IMG/VR virus record: IMGVR_UViG_3300035696_002535
Length of the DNA: 64,000 nucleotides
Direction: 5' to 3' (one strand)
Source of the DNA: a virus
Lineage: Duplodnaviria > Heunggongvirae > Uroviricota > Caudoviricetes
Of this stretch, positions 52,319-62,670 are shown one piece after another. Made by a program: the position numbers and the translations under genes. How positions within the stretch are numbered: the first letter of the stretch is position 1; every line of letters starts with the position of its first letter. The notes under the pieces were generated by a model. The model had not been told where the DNA came from. It ran no database searches and saw only the letters and a list, made by a program, of their open reading frames with translations.

Positions 52319-53485
52319 ATGGAAATATTCTGGAAATTGCAGGAAAATGTGGTTACTGATGATGAGCTTAACTCTTTAGGCTTATTCATTAAGCAAACAA
52401 AACGTTTTACACAATTCGCTAAAGCTTCAGAATTTGAAGAAGCATTTGCTGTCTGGCAAGGATGTAAACACTGTGTGCTGGTAAATTCAGGAAGTTCAGC
52501 TAATCTGATTCTGATAAGTTCACTCAAACAGGTTAAAAATTGGAACAGTGAAGATGAAATAATAGTCCCGGCTGTTACTTGGCCCACAACCGTTACACCA
52601 GTAATTCAACTGGGGTTAAAGCCAGTGTTCGTGGATATTAATTTAGAGGATTTTTCCTTTGATTACGACAAACTTGAAAAAAAAATTTCTACAAAAACCC
52701 GTGGTATATTTGTTGCACATTTGCTTGGTTTTCCGGCGGATGTTACAAAACTGCAAAAATTGATAAAAGGCCGAAATATTGATCTTCTAGAGGATTGCTG
52801 TGAATCGCAAGGTGCAACGGTGGGTGGTATAAAAGTTGGCAATTTTGGACATGCTGGAACTTTTAGTTTTTATTGGGGGCACCATATGACTACCGTGGAA
52901 GGTGGCATGGTTTGCACCAACGATACTAATCTTTATAAAATTCTTCTTTTAAAAAGATCACACGGTCTTGCAAGGGAACTTCCAGAGCAATACCATGAAG
53001 AAATAAAATCAGAGTATCCTGACATTGATTTTAAATTTCTGTTTTTAACGGATGGGTTTAATTTTAGAAATATGGAATTTAATGCTGTTCTTGGTTTATC
53101 CCAATTAAAAAATGTGGACAAGATAATTAAAATTAGGAATAATAATTATTGCAGATTTTATGATATGTGCAAACTTCATGAAAATGAATTAATTGTATTT
53201 AGTAATCCAGGGATTTCTTCGTTTGTTTTACCATTTGTTTTTAGGAAAAAAGAAAGAAAGCTCGCATTTCAACAACTCATCGTTGATGCAGGTATTGAAT
53301 GCCGCCCGTTGGTTGGTGGCAATCTTCTGCGTCAGCCATTTCTAAATAAATATTACAATCAAAAAGAATTTTCAACTGCTGACTTTATTCATGATAATGC
53401 TTTTTACATTGGAAACAATCAATTTGTGAACGACAAACGACTGGACATGCTCGAGGGGCTGATTAATAAGTTTTTCAAAAAATAA
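52319..53485 (+). CDS. DegT/DnrJ/EryC1/StrS-family PLP-dependent sugar aminotransferase/dehydratase
   Basis: 'HCVLVNSGSSANLILISSL', 'LLEDCCESQGATV'; size and order are typical. Confidence 0.65.
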   Translation: MEIFWKLQENVVTDDELNSLGLFIKQTKRFTQFAKASEFEEAFAVWQGCKHCVLVNSGSSANLILISSLKQVKNWNSEDEIIVPAVTWPTTVTPVIQLGLKPVFVDINLEDFSFDYDKLEKKISTKTRGIFVAHLLGFPADVTKLQKLIKGRNIDLLEDCCESQGATVGGIKVGNFGHAGTFSFYWGHHMTTVEGGMVCTNDTNLYKILLLKRSHGLARELPEQYHEEIKSEYPDIDFKFLFLTDGFNFRNMEFNAVLGLSQLKNVDKIIKIRNNNYCRFYDMCKLHENELIVFSNPGISSFVLPFVFRKKERKLAFQQLIVDAGIECRPLVGGNLLRQPFLNKYYNQKEFSTADFIHDNAFYIGNNQFVNDKRLDMLEGLINKFFKK

Positions 53486-53494
53486 AAAGATTAA

Positions 53495-54151
53495 TTGAGA
53501 ATTGGAGTGTCAATGGGTATAAAATATCATTTAGGATGTGGATTAAACTACTTCCCAGGATATACCAATATTGATTACCCTCAATCTGAGCACACAATTA
53601 TTGCTGTTAAAGCTGACATTTATTCAGACCTGATGACCGTTAAACTGGAGCCCTGTGAGTTAATCGAGTCACATCATGTGTTTGAGCATTTTAGTTATAT
53701 AGAATCATTAGCTCTGCTAGTCAAATGGACACGGGTTTTGGTAATTGGTGGAGTTTTAAGGATTGATATTCCAGACATCGAGGTCCTCTGTCAAGAGTTG
53801 GGTACATCCATAACTGCTAAGGACCATCGAAGAGTCTTTAAAATAGTCCGGCTCTTATACGGATCTCATGAGGCAGAATGGGCATTCCACATAAATGGTT
53901 GGTCGATGGGCACCCTTTCTTATACTATGGACAGATTTGGGTTTAGTATAGTTTCATCAGAGCGTTACGGGTCTCGGAATGCTGCTTTTCCAAATTGTGG
54001 ACTTAATATGGTTTTTAACAAAACCAGAGAAGATGTAGATTTGGAAGCTGTGGCCAGAGATCTCTTAAGTTTTTATACGGATATTCCAGATCAGCAGAAC
54101 CTTTTAAATGAATTTCAGAAGCAATTTACAATTTTGATGGGGAAAATATGA
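53495..54151 (+). CDS. putative class I SAM-dependent methyltransferase
   Basis: 'YHLGCGLNYFPGYTNID' and 'VLVIGGVLRIDIP'. Confidence 0.35.
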   Translation: MRIGVSMGIKYHLGCGLNYFPGYTNIDYPQSEHTIIAVKADIYSDLMTVKLEPCELIESHHVFEHFSYIESLALLVKWTRVLVIGGVLRIDIPDIEVLCQELGTSITAKDHRRVFKIVRLLYGSHEAEWAFHINGWSMGTLSYTMDRFGFSIVSSERYGSRNAAFPNCGLNMVFNKTREDVDLEAVARDLLSFYTDIPDQQNLLNEFQKQFTILMGKI

Positions 54152-54942
54152 TTAAGATAGGACTAATTGGAGGAGGATTCCAGTATGCCTATTCTTCGAC
54201 ATGGTGGAAACATCCTTCATATTTTGAATGGGACAAAGGCCATACTCAAGACATAACATTTTGTATTGATGGGGACATTTTTCGTAACATAGATCTCAAA
54301 TGCAAACGAAAATTTGGTTGGATTGTTGAAGTTAGGGCTATTATTCCAAGTGTTATTAAAGAAATAAAACTTCACCACAAAGAAATCTCTGAATCATATG
54401 AACGAATTTTTACTTGCTGTAAAGAAATATATGAGCTGGCTCCTAATTTTTCTTTTCTCCCATCAGACGGATTTTGGATTGAAAAACCACAGATTTATCC
54501 AAAAACTAAACTAATATCGATGGTAAGCTCAGCAAAAGCGTATACACCGGGGCATGTTTTCAGGCTACAGTGGGTTAATAAATTAACGGGTAAAATTGAT
54601 ATTTTTGGACGGGGTATAAATCCAATAGAAAAAAAAGAAGAAGGTCTTTGTGATTATATGTTTTCAATTGCCATTGAAAATGACCAGTATGAAAGCTGTT
54701 GGACTGAAAAGATTCTTGATTGCTTTGCTACAGGAACAGTTCCAATCTATCATGGTACTCCAGACATAGGAAATTTTTTTAATATAGATGGGATAATTAT
54801 TTTAAAAGATGACTTTGATATATCAAAACTATCTAAAGAATTATATGAATCTATGATGCCAGCTATTAAGGACAACTTCCAGAGAGTTCTAAAATATAAT
54901 ACCATAGAAGATATAATTTTTACCGAGTATTTAAAACTATGA
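54148..54942 (+). CDS. alpha-1,3-fucosyltransferase-like (GT10)
   Basis: 'YMFSIAIENDQYESCWTEKILDCFATGTVPIYHG' matches the GT10 motif (yKFxLaFENS...YvTEKlw.al.aGtVPVv.G). Confidence 0.6.
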   Translation: MIKIGLIGGGFQYAYSSTWWKHPSYFEWDKGHTQDITFCIDGDIFRNIDLKCKRKFGWIVEVRAIIPSVIKEIKLHHKEISESYERIFTCCKEIYELAPNFSFLPSDGFWIEKPQIYPKTKLISMVSSAKAYTPGHVFRLQWVNKLTGKIDIFGRGINPIEKKEEGLCDYMFSIAIENDQYESCWTEKILDCFATGTVPIYHGTPDIGNFFNIDGIIILKDDFDISKLSKELYESMMPAIKDNFQRVLKYNTIEDIIFTEYLKL

Positions 54943-55604
54943 AAAATATAATAAGTTTTAGTCTTTACGGGGATAAAAAACTTTATCCAGTAGGAGCACT
55001 TAAAAACGCTCTACTACAAAAAACTGTTTATCCGGAATGGACATGTAGATTCTATGTAGATGATAAAGTCCCTAAAGAAGTTATTGAGCAACTAAAAGAT
55101 TATGGCTCGGAAATTATCGAAAAAGGGCCGTCCAGAAATTTTATAGGATCTTTTTGGAGATATGAAGTGGCCTTTGATCCCTCTGTGGATCGATATGCCG
55201 TAAGGGATTGTGATTCAAGATTAAATGATCGAGAATATCTGGCTGTAAAAGAGTGGATCTCTGAAGGAACTTCTTTCCACATAATGCGAGACCATCCCAA
55301 CCACCTTCATGTAATTATGGCTGGGATGTGGGGGGGAATTTCTGGAAAAGTTCCTGAATTTGAGCAAATTTATACTAATTATATAAAACAATCTAATGGG
55401 GAATTTTGGTCTGATATGTATTTTCTTGAAACCCTCTTATGGGATGGATATATCAAGAAAAACCATACAGCTCATGATGAATATTTTAAACCCCTCGGCA
55501 TAGAAAAGCCGTTTCCAATTAAACTTGTAGACGAATATTCTTTTGTTGGCAACAAATATGATGAGAACGATAAGCCTGTATATAGCGTAAATAGGAGGGA
55601 CTAA
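54939..55604 (+). CDS. hypothetical protein (possible glycosyltransferase)
   Basis: 'ISFSLYGDKKLYPVGALKN'; weak. Confidence 0.3.
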   Translation: MKNIISFSLYGDKKLYPVGALKNALLQKTVYPEWTCRFYVDDKVPKEVIEQLKDYGSEIIEKGPSRNFIGSFWRYEVAFDPSVDRYAVRDCDSRLNDREYLAVKEWISEGTSFHIMRDHPNHLHVIMAGMWGGISGKVPEFEQIYTNYIKQSNGEFWSDMYFLETLLWDGYIKKNHTAHDEYFKPLGIEKPFPIKLVDEYSFVGNKYDENDKPVYSVNRRD

Positions 55605-55606
55605 AA

Positions 55607-56314
55607 ATGTTAAGTATTGTGACAGGGACTTTAGAAAGAAGACACTTACTTCCGGGGCTTATTGCAAACACAGTCGATGCTAATGAACAGCTGGAGCTCG
55701 TATTGGTTGATGGGGGTTCTACGGACGGAACCATTGACTATATCAAGGGATTAAATCATCCTAGAATAAAACTAATTGAGGTTGGCCATCGCAGTCCATA
55801 TCCACACTATATGAATCTTGGAATAAGAAACGCCTCATACGACTATATCTGCCAATGGAATGATGATGTATTATTATTAAATTCCTGGAACGAAGTCATA
55901 ATTTTAATGCAAACTTGTGATGCCTGTCTTTTTTCTTGGCAGCATGGAGAGTTAAATAGTCTCCCTAATTCTTGGAATTTAATGTATGATAAGACCGCAG
56001 ATCCTAAATGTGGAAATGAAGTTGTGATGAATTATGGAACATATAAAAAAGAGATATTCAAAAAAATTGGAATGTATGATAATTCATATCTGTATCGATA
56101 TGTCGATGGAGACATGAGCTTCAGAGCGTGGTCTTTTGGATTTAAGGTCTACCCCGCCTATGAGATTAAAGTCCTTTCGTTACTATCGGAACTAAATACC
56201 AAGAGAATGACAGAATATCCAATGACATTAAATCCAGAAGACCTTCAAAACTATGCAAACCATCTAGCAATGTATAGAAGAAAAGAACTGTCGACAACTG
56301 CAGAATTCCTATGA
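55607..56314 (+). CDS. glycosyltransferase family 2
   Basis: 'LELVLVDGGSTDGT' (classic GT2 DxGSTDxT). Confidence 0.7.
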   Translation: MLSIVTGTLERRHLLPGLIANTVDANEQLELVLVDGGSTDGTIDYIKGLNHPRIKLIEVGHRSPYPHYMNLGIRNASYDYICQWNDDVLLLNSWNEVIILMQTCDACLFSWQHGELNSLPNSWNLMYDKTADPKCGNEVVMNYGTYKKEIFKKIGMYDNSYLYRYVDGDMSFRAWSFGFKVYPAYEIKVLSLLSELNTKRMTEYPMTLNPEDLQNYANHLAMYRRKELSTTAEFL

Positions 56315-56997
56315 AATATATATACCACCATCTAGGGTTAGGGGACCATATCATATGCAATGGAATAGTACGAACACTTGCAGAAGAAGAGCCTATATCT
56401 TTATTTTGTAAAAACATATATGCTGAATCTGTAAAAGCAATGTATGCAGACTCGGATAAGATAACAGTAATACCTGTACAGGATGATGGAGAAGCTAGAA
56501 AATTTCTTGAGGGCATCCCTTCCGAATCAGTCGAACGGATCGGATACTCTAGAGACGACTTTCAGTCGTTATCAAAAAATTTTGTCTTTGATGAAGTCTT
56601 CTATAAGCAGGCATCACTTCCTTTCAGTTATAGGTGGTCAAAATTCTACTGCAATCGTAATCTTAGTGCGGAAAGTTCTCTAAAAGAAAAAGTTGTATCA
56701 TTTGATCGGTATCAATTTATTCATTCTGACCCTGAAAGAAAGATGGTGATTAATCCAGACTATCTTAATAAAAGTCTTCCTTCTGTCTGCGCCATTTTAG
56801 GATTAACTTTGAATATTCTTGACTATATATCTATAATAGAAAGCGCAGAAGAGATTCATGTAATACCAAGTAGCTTTATGCTCTTAATAGACTCAATAGA
56901 AACTAATGGAAAGTTATTTGTTCATAAGTATACAAGACCTGTTATTTTTTTAGATGATCCACATCTTAAGAAAAATTGGACTATTTACAAAAAATAA
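56311..56997 (+). CDS. hypothetical protein, possibly GT9 heptosyltransferase-like
   Basis: 'IYHHLGLGDHIICNGIVRTL' resembles the GT9 N-terminal 'GaiGDvi..tP'; weak. Confidence 0.3.
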   Translation: MKYIYHHLGLGDHIICNGIVRTLAEEEPISLFCKNIYAESVKAMYADSDKITVIPVQDDGEARKFLEGIPSESVERIGYSRDDFQSLSKNFVFDEVFYKQASLPFSYRWSKFYCNRNLSAESSLKEKVVSFDRYQFIHSDPERKMVINPDYLNKSLPSVCAILGLTLNILDYISIIESAEEIHVIPSSFMLLIDSIETNGKLFVHKYTRPVIFLDDPHLKKNWTIYKK

Positions 56998-57012
56998 ATG
57001 TATAGGTAAAAA

Positions 57013-57654
57013 ATGAAAACTGCCGTTTTTGTCACAGCAATTCCCGACATGAAGTGGATAAGGACTCATGGCCCCATGTGTCTTGAAATTATTCGTGCCT
57101 ACTTTAGTCACTATGGCCATGAGGTACTGGTTCTCGACAAGAATCCTGGTATATCGGTAAAGCATAATTCATGGCTGTGGTTGCTTGCACATCAGATATT
57201 CCCAGGATATGACTATCTTCTTTATTGGAATCTTGATATATTGCCTAACAAATTTGATGAGGATATATTTAATAGCTTAGACTTAACCAAAATAGCAGTA
57301 TGCCGGGAAGCTGACGGTAGTAGTACAAAATTTCCATACTATTATTACAATTGTGGAATGGCAGGCATACCTAAACAATATAGTCAGTTCTGCATTGATA
57401 CATTTAATCGTTGGAAAGATGATCCAAATAACTGGCCGTCGTACGAGCAATATTATGTGAACATGGAATTAGGAGAGCATAAAATTGATGTACATGAAAT
57501 ACCAAAAAAATTCAATATGTTCTATGGATCGGATCCGTCCGTTGCGGTATGTCTACACTATTCATATACGGTTTACAAGGAAACAGAGCCATTAGCCACT
57601 CCGGTTATGGAAGAGCACTATAAAAGACTAAAAGAGCAAGGTATACTAAAATGA
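57013..57654 (+). CDS. hypothetical protein (possible nucleotide-diphospho-sugar transferase)
   Basis: No firm motif. Confidence 0.3.
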   Translation: MKTAVFVTAIPDMKWIRTHGPMCLEIIRAYFSHYGHEVLVLDKNPGISVKHNSWLWLLAHQIFPGYDYLLYWNLDILPNKFDEDIFNSLDLTKIAVCREADGSSTKFPYYYYNCGMAGIPKQYSQFCIDTFNRWKDDPNNWPSYEQYYVNMELGEHKIDVHEIPKKFNMFYGSDPSVAVCLHYSYTVYKETEPLATPVMEEHYKRLKEQGILK

Positions 57655-58670
57655 CTTTTTTTAATATTGACCAACATGTCTCCGTTAATAGTAATATTGA
57701 GTATATTCTTAAAAAATTGGGCCACAGCCTGGAAATAATTTCTCTTTCACAGCACCACTGGGTTATGAATAGAGAGCGCTTTCATGTTCCGTTTATTGAA
57801 GAAAACATTCACTGCCTTATTGAAAAAGAAAAATGGCAGGAATTTTACACTGTTTTTAAACACCCTCTTGCTTCGTTTGATGGATTTATTGTCTGTCATC
57901 CTCCAATATTTGCTGTTCTATATAAAAATTTTGTTAACAAGCCAATCATTGTACAGATATCAATAAGATATGATTTTCCATATACAGACAACCTCAAACA
58001 GCTAAAAATCTTTAATGATTTTTTACTAAGTGACTCAGTGATTATTACGGCAAATAATAAGTTAGATAAAGCATATTTTGAAGATCGGACAGACGGTAAA
58101 AAGGAATGCAAGTATATTCCGTCATTGTGTGAATACACCAATATGACATACAAACCACAACGTAATGAATTCTTATTATATGATAACCAACGACAATATC
58201 AAATAAAAGACACAGTAAACCGTCACGATCTTCCAGATGGACATAAATGGGTTGATATTGGGGCATTCAAAGGAATAATTCATATACCGTATAATATTTC
58301 GACTATGAGCTTTTTTGAGCAATATACGGCTTGTATCCCACTATTTTTCCCCAGTAAAAAGTTTCTGTTGGAACTGTATTATCAAGGAGCAAGAGTATTA
58401 GACCAGTGCTTTTGGTCACAGGAACAACACGGTAAATATGGATCTCAAACCATGGATAAAGTATTAGATCTAGCAGATTTCTATAGTGAAACTTTCCCAC
58501 ATGTGATTATGTTCGATTCTATCCAACAACTTGAAGATAAGCTTCACGACAATAGTCTTTTAGAGCAAACAACCGGGAAGATGGAAGAGGATAACAAAAG
58601 GAACAAAGAAAAAGTATATACGGCGTGGAAAGATATAATGAGTAACGTTGACTATAAGGTAAAGTCTTAA
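57651..58670 (+). CDS. hypothetical protein (339 aa)
   Basis: Translationally coupled within the glycan operon. Confidence 0.35.
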   Translation: MTFFNIDQHVSVNSNIEYILKKLGHSLEIISLSQHHWVMNRERFHVPFIEENIHCLIEKEKWQEFYTVFKHPLASFDGFIVCHPPIFAVLYKNFVNKPIIVQISIRYDFPYTDNLKQLKIFNDFLLSDSVIITANNKLDKAYFEDRTDGKKECKYIPSLCEYTNMTYKPQRNEFLLYDNQRQYQIKDTVNRHDLPDGHKWVDIGAFKGIIHIPYNISTMSFFEQYTACIPLFFPSKKFLLELYYQGARVLDQCFWSQEQHGKYGSQTMDKVLDLADFYSETFPHVIMFDSIQQLEDKLHDNSLLEQTTGKMEEDNKRNKEKVYTAWKDIMSNVDYKVKS

Positions 58671-58685
58671 CACAGGAATTGAAAT

Positions 58686-59600
58686 ATGGTTTTTGCACCA
58701 CAATTAAAACTTGCATCACACGAAAGATTCGTAAAATATCTCAAAGGTGAGGTTATACCAGTCATTAACACCGAAATATCAGTATCAAGCATATGCAACG
58801 CACAGTGCCCCGTATGCTTTTATCGAGATGACAATAATATAAAAGAAACGTTTATTCTTCGAAATAAATTGTTGACTTTTCTTTTCGATGCTGATACTAA
58901 TGGACTTGAAGCAGTAACATGGAGTGGTGGGGGTGAGCCAACGTTACATCCAGATTTTTCAGATATCGTGCAACAGGTCTCTCAACAAACAAATTTGGAA
59001 CAAGGGTTATTCACAAATGCCCTACTACAACCCACGTACCCAGCATGCTTATTAAAATGGATCCGAGTAACAAAAACCAATGAACCTTTCCCCGAAGAGC
59101 ACGTTTTATTACTTCGACAGCAATGCGTTAATACAGGTTTATGCATTAATTATAGAGGTAAAGAAGACGACCGAAACATTTGTAAAGCATTAGAGATTGC
59201 TCATAAAATGGATCTTCGCTATGTTCAGGTACGACCAGCACTAAATATCATGGGTGCAACAACTAATATCGAGAAACCTGATATTCAAGATGAAAAACTG
59301 ATATTAAATAAATACAAATGGGCTGAATGTGGAATCAAAGATCGTGGGTATGCACAGTGTGAGGCTTTTCATTTTAGCCCTATGATATGGGAAAATGGCA
59401 TCATGTCTGTTTGTATGTACATGAGACATCACGAAGAATATAATATCGGTAGCATCTATGAAAATAATTTTCTGGATCTTTGCCGAAAAATGCCCTCCAG
59501 TCTTCCAGTTTCTAATGACTGTCAAATCTGTTGCAAAAATAATGAGGACAATAAACTGATAAATGATTGCAAAAAATTAGAGGATAAAAAATTCATATGA
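58686..59600 (+). CDS. radical SAM enzyme
   Basis: 'SSICNAQCPVCFY' (CxxxCxxC), 'WSGGGEPTLHPDF'. Confidence 0.6.
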   Translation: MVFAPQLKLASHERFVKYLKGEVIPVINTEISVSSICNAQCPVCFYRDDNNIKETFILRNKLLTFLFDADTNGLEAVTWSGGGEPTLHPDFSDIVQQVSQQTNLEQGLFTNALLQPTYPACLLKWIRVTKTNEPFPEEHVLLLRQQCVNTGLCINYRGKEDDRNICKALEIAHKMDLRYVQVRPALNIMGATTNIEKPDIQDEKLILNKYKWAECGIKDRGYAQCEAFHFSPMIWENGIMSVCMYMRHHEEYNIGSIYENNFLDLCRKMPSSLPVSNDCQICCKNNEDNKLINDCKKLEDKKFI

Positions 59601-60334
59601 TAGGAATGGAAACGAATATTGTAGAGTTGGCTATATCTTATCGCTGTCAGAATAGATGTAACAACTGTGGCACACTATCAACGCAGGCCCCTGTAGATGG
59701 TGCCCTGACAACTGATGATATAAAAAACTTTGTTGATGAAACCGTTTCTTGTAATCATAAATGGTCTTGCATAACGATCACCGGAGGAGAGCCAACCCTA
59801 CATCCTGGTTTTTTGGATATTTGTGAAATACTGACAGCATATAGAAAAAAATTCAATCAAGATACAATTCTTAAGTTTGAAACTAACGGTAACGGGATTA
59901 TAACAGAAAAAATGATATTAGAGGCTCATAAAATCGGATTTACTGTTGGTCTATCTTTTAAAAAAGATAATGCAATAAACATACACGGAGAATGTATCCC
60001 CTATGTCCCTGTTAATAATTCACCTACAGACAATAGTGCTCAATACGTCCTTGGGTGCAACATATCAAAAGACTGTGGAGTATGTCGTAACTATCTTGGA
60101 TGGTTTGAGTGCACTCCGGCGGGGGCACAGGCACGGGTTTTTAACTATAAACCACTTGCAAAAACTTTAGCCGATTTTCTTAACCTGAAAGATGATGAAA
60201 TATATAAGGCATTTTTTCTTCACTGTAGGCACTGTGGTCATTCTTGGGAGCAGCCAAGAAGCTGTGAACAGATTACAAGTAAAACTTGGCAAGAAGCACT
60301 TGATAGCTATGCTATTAGGCATAAATCCTTATGA
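59597..60334 (+). CDS. radical SAM enzyme (second, adjacent)
   Basis: 'SYRCQNRCNNCGT' (CxxxCxxC), 'ITITGGEPTLHPGF'. Confidence 0.6.
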   Translation: MIGMETNIVELAISYRCQNRCNNCGTLSTQAPVDGALTTDDIKNFVDETVSCNHKWSCITITGGEPTLHPGFLDICEILTAYRKKFNQDTILKFETNGNGIITEKMILEAHKIGFTVGLSFKKDNAINIHGECIPYVPVNNSPTDNSAQYVLGCNISKDCGVCRNYLGWFECTPAGAQARVFNYKPLAKTLADFLNLKDDEIYKAFFLHCRHCGHSWEQPRSCEQITSKTWQEALDSYAIRHKSL

Positions 60335-60840
60335 GTTCTATAGAAACAATAACATTCAAAGGCATCAAATATCCATTATTTCAGGCTGAGGGATTTGCGG
60401 CCCAGTTTGCTTTTCCCTTTGCACTAAAGATCTGCAAAGGAGTTGGATATGATATTGGATGCATGAGGCGAGAATGGGCTTTTCCAGGATCCATACCAGT
60501 CGATAAGAATTTCAACGATGGCTGGAATGCCAATAAGCTGCCTCATAAGAATGTTGATTATATTTTTTCTTCTCATTGCCTTGAACATGTTGAGAACTGG
60601 GTTGGCACTTTTGACTATTGGACCGAAATTTTAAAACCTCATGGAGTTATTTTTTTGTATCTTCCTCATCCAGATCAGATTTATTGGCGTCCATGGCATG
60701 ATCGTAAACACCATCATAGTTTTTCAGTTGATATCATAAAAAATTATATGATAGATAACAATTACATAAACATTTTTAATTCAGAAAGGGATTTGAATCA
60801 TTCTTTTATGATCTTTGGGGAAAAGGATGCGATACAATGA
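60331..60840 (+). CDS. putative class I SAM-dependent methyltransferase
   Basis: 'YDIGCMRREW...SIPVD' and 'DYIFSSHCLEHVENW...LKPHGVIFLYLP'. Confidence 0.45.
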   Translation: MSSIETITFKGIKYPLFQAEGFAAQFAFPFALKICKGVGYDIGCMRREWAFPGSIPVDKNFNDGWNANKLPHKNVDYIFSSHCLEHVENWVGTFDYWTEILKPHGVIFLYLPHPDQIYWRPWHDRKHHHSFSVDIIKNYMIDNNYINIFNSERDLNHSFMIFGEKDAIQ

Positions 60841-61328
60841 AACTCATAAATGGGAGAGGGCAGCTGGGTGAAATGTTCCAAAAAAATATAAAATTATTTT
60901 ATCACGTGGATGCAACACTCTACCATACTTGGAATTACATTGATAAATCTAAAACTGTCCAATTGTGGTGCTTCAATAGATTTAGAGATTATATTTATAC
61001 CCACGAAGAAAGTATAATTTTCATATCAACAAAATCTGAGGAATATAATTTTTACACAGAGTACAAAAGAAAATCTGAAGAACTTCTCAAAGAAAAGTGT
61101 GCTCATTATTCCGTTATACGCCTACCCAATATAATAGGAAAAGGAATCTGTACCAGATTTATTCAAAATCCGTCTTTGGAAGCTTATGGAAATTTAGAGC
61201 TCATCACACTTGAAGAGGCTTATGAAAATATACGTACTAACTTATTTACTAATAATTCTATTATCAATATTAATGGGGAAAAAATTAGTGCCAAACTCGC
61301 AAAAATTTTGTTGCTTTTTAAAAGATAA
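60837..61328 (+). CDS. hypothetical protein (possible degenerate RmlD-like reductase N-terminus)
   Basis: 'MKLINGRGQLGEMF'; weak. Confidence 0.25.
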   Translation: MKLINGRGQLGEMFQKNIKLFYHVDATLYHTWNYIDKSKTVQLWCFNRFRDYIYTHEESIIFISTKSEEYNFYTEYKRKSEELLKEKCAHYSVIRLPNIIGKGICTRFIQNPSLEAYGNLELITLEEAYENIRTNLFTNNSIININGEKISAKLAKILLLFKR

Positions 61329-61373
61329 AATAAAATGAAATCTTTATACTTTAACAAATAAAAAGGAGATTTT

Positions 61374-62381
61374 ATGAAAACGGCACTTGTTTGTGGGGGT
61401 CACGGGTTCATAGGTCATCACATGGCTCGTAGGCTTAAAAAAGAAGGATATTGGGTAAGGACGGTTGATGTTAAAGATTATCCATATGGGAATCTCCGTA
61501 AAGATGTTGATGATTATGTTGTTGCAGATCTAAGAGATTTTGAGATCTGTAAAAAGGTATTTTTAACTCCAGAGGGCAAAGGATTTGGTGAAATATACCA
61601 ATTTGCAGCATTCATGGGAGGAGCCGGGATCGTCTTTACTGGTAACCATGATGCCAAGATAATACATGATTCAATGCTTATTAACATCAACAGCGCAGAG
61701 ATGGCAAAAAGAACTCATGTTGGGAAGATATTCTGGAGCAGTTCAGCTTGTATCTATAATCAGAAAAACATGGAATCCATAGACAACCCCATTACAGCAG
61801 AAGACTCTGCCTATCCTGCCTTTCCAGACAGCAATTATGGTTTCGAAAAACTCATGTCAGAAAGACTTTATCAATCATATGCTAAGAACTATGGTTTAAA
61901 TGTGAGAATTGCCCGTTTTCATAATATCTGTGGCATAGAGGGGGCCTGGGGTAATGGCCGCGAAAAGTTTCCAGCAGCAGTATCCAGAAAAGTAGCTACA
62001 GCCAAAAATGGAGATACTATTGAGATATGGGGTGATGGCCTTCAAACACGTAGCTTCCTGTATGTCGATGAGTGCCTTGAAGGGATCCGTCGACTGATGG
62101 CCTCAGATTTCCAAGGACCGGTCAATATCGGCTCTGATGAGATGGTATCTATAAATGATTTAGTAGAGATGACTAAAGATATAGCAGGTAAACCAGACAT
62201 AAAAATCAGTCATGTCCCAGGGCCTGTTGGTATTCGTGGAAGAAACTCAGACAACAAACTTATAAAAGAAAAGCTTAACTGGGTTCCCAACTATCCTCTT
62301 CGAAAAGCTATGGAAAATATTTATCCGTGGGTAGAAAAACAGATAAAGGAAAACAAGCAGGATTATTCTTGGACAAGTTAA
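61374..62381 (+). CDS. NAD-dependent epimerase/dehydratase (SDR) family protein
   Basis: 'ALVCGGHGFIGHHMARRLKKEGYWV' and the Y..K region 'SNYGFEKLMSE'. Confidence 0.7.
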   Translation: MKTALVCGGHGFIGHHMARRLKKEGYWVRTVDVKDYPYGNLRKDVDDYVVADLRDFEICKKVFLTPEGKGFGEIYQFAAFMGGAGIVFTGNHDAKIIHDSMLININSAEMAKRTHVGKIFWSSSACIYNQKNMESIDNPITAEDSAYPAFPDSNYGFEKLMSERLYQSYAKNYGLNVRIARFHNICGIEGAWGNGREKFPAAVSRKVATAKNGDTIEIWGDGLQTRSFLYVDECLEGIRRLMASDFQGPVNIGSDEMVSINDLVEMTKDIAGKPDIKISHVPGPVGIRGRNSDNKLIKEKLNWVPNYPLRKAMENIYPWVEKQIKENKQDYSWTS

Positions 62382-62670
62382 TCCTTTTTAATCCCTAGTA
62401 TTGAAGATTCGATTTCCTTGCCTTCAAGTTTCTTTTCTACGAGTAGCCATACCGTATAGAAATGGGTTGTATTGATGCAGGGAATCGAGTACAAGACTCG
62501 TTCCCCCTGGACTACATCTATAGTCAGTTTCTCCTCGTTTGGCACGATTGACAGCAGCATTTTATCCATCGAATGGCCCCTTATTAAAATCGCGGAGGAT
62601 TGGCCGAATTAGTTAAGACAGTCGACTACGTGTTTGGCTCCTCTGCCCGTTTTAATCCCCTCTCCTCCGC

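Noticed and set aside
40785-62381. Interpretation as a eukaryotic giant-virus (NCLDV) fragment because of the GT10, GT17 and GT32 glycosyltransferases, PARP and collagen-like repeats
   Set aside because: Genes are preceded by Shine-Dalgarno sequences and are translationally coupled with ATGA overlaps. The window also carries bacterial-type IF-1, HPr, PspA, NfeD, YopX and NadE. A prokaryotic virus or mobile element is far more consistent.
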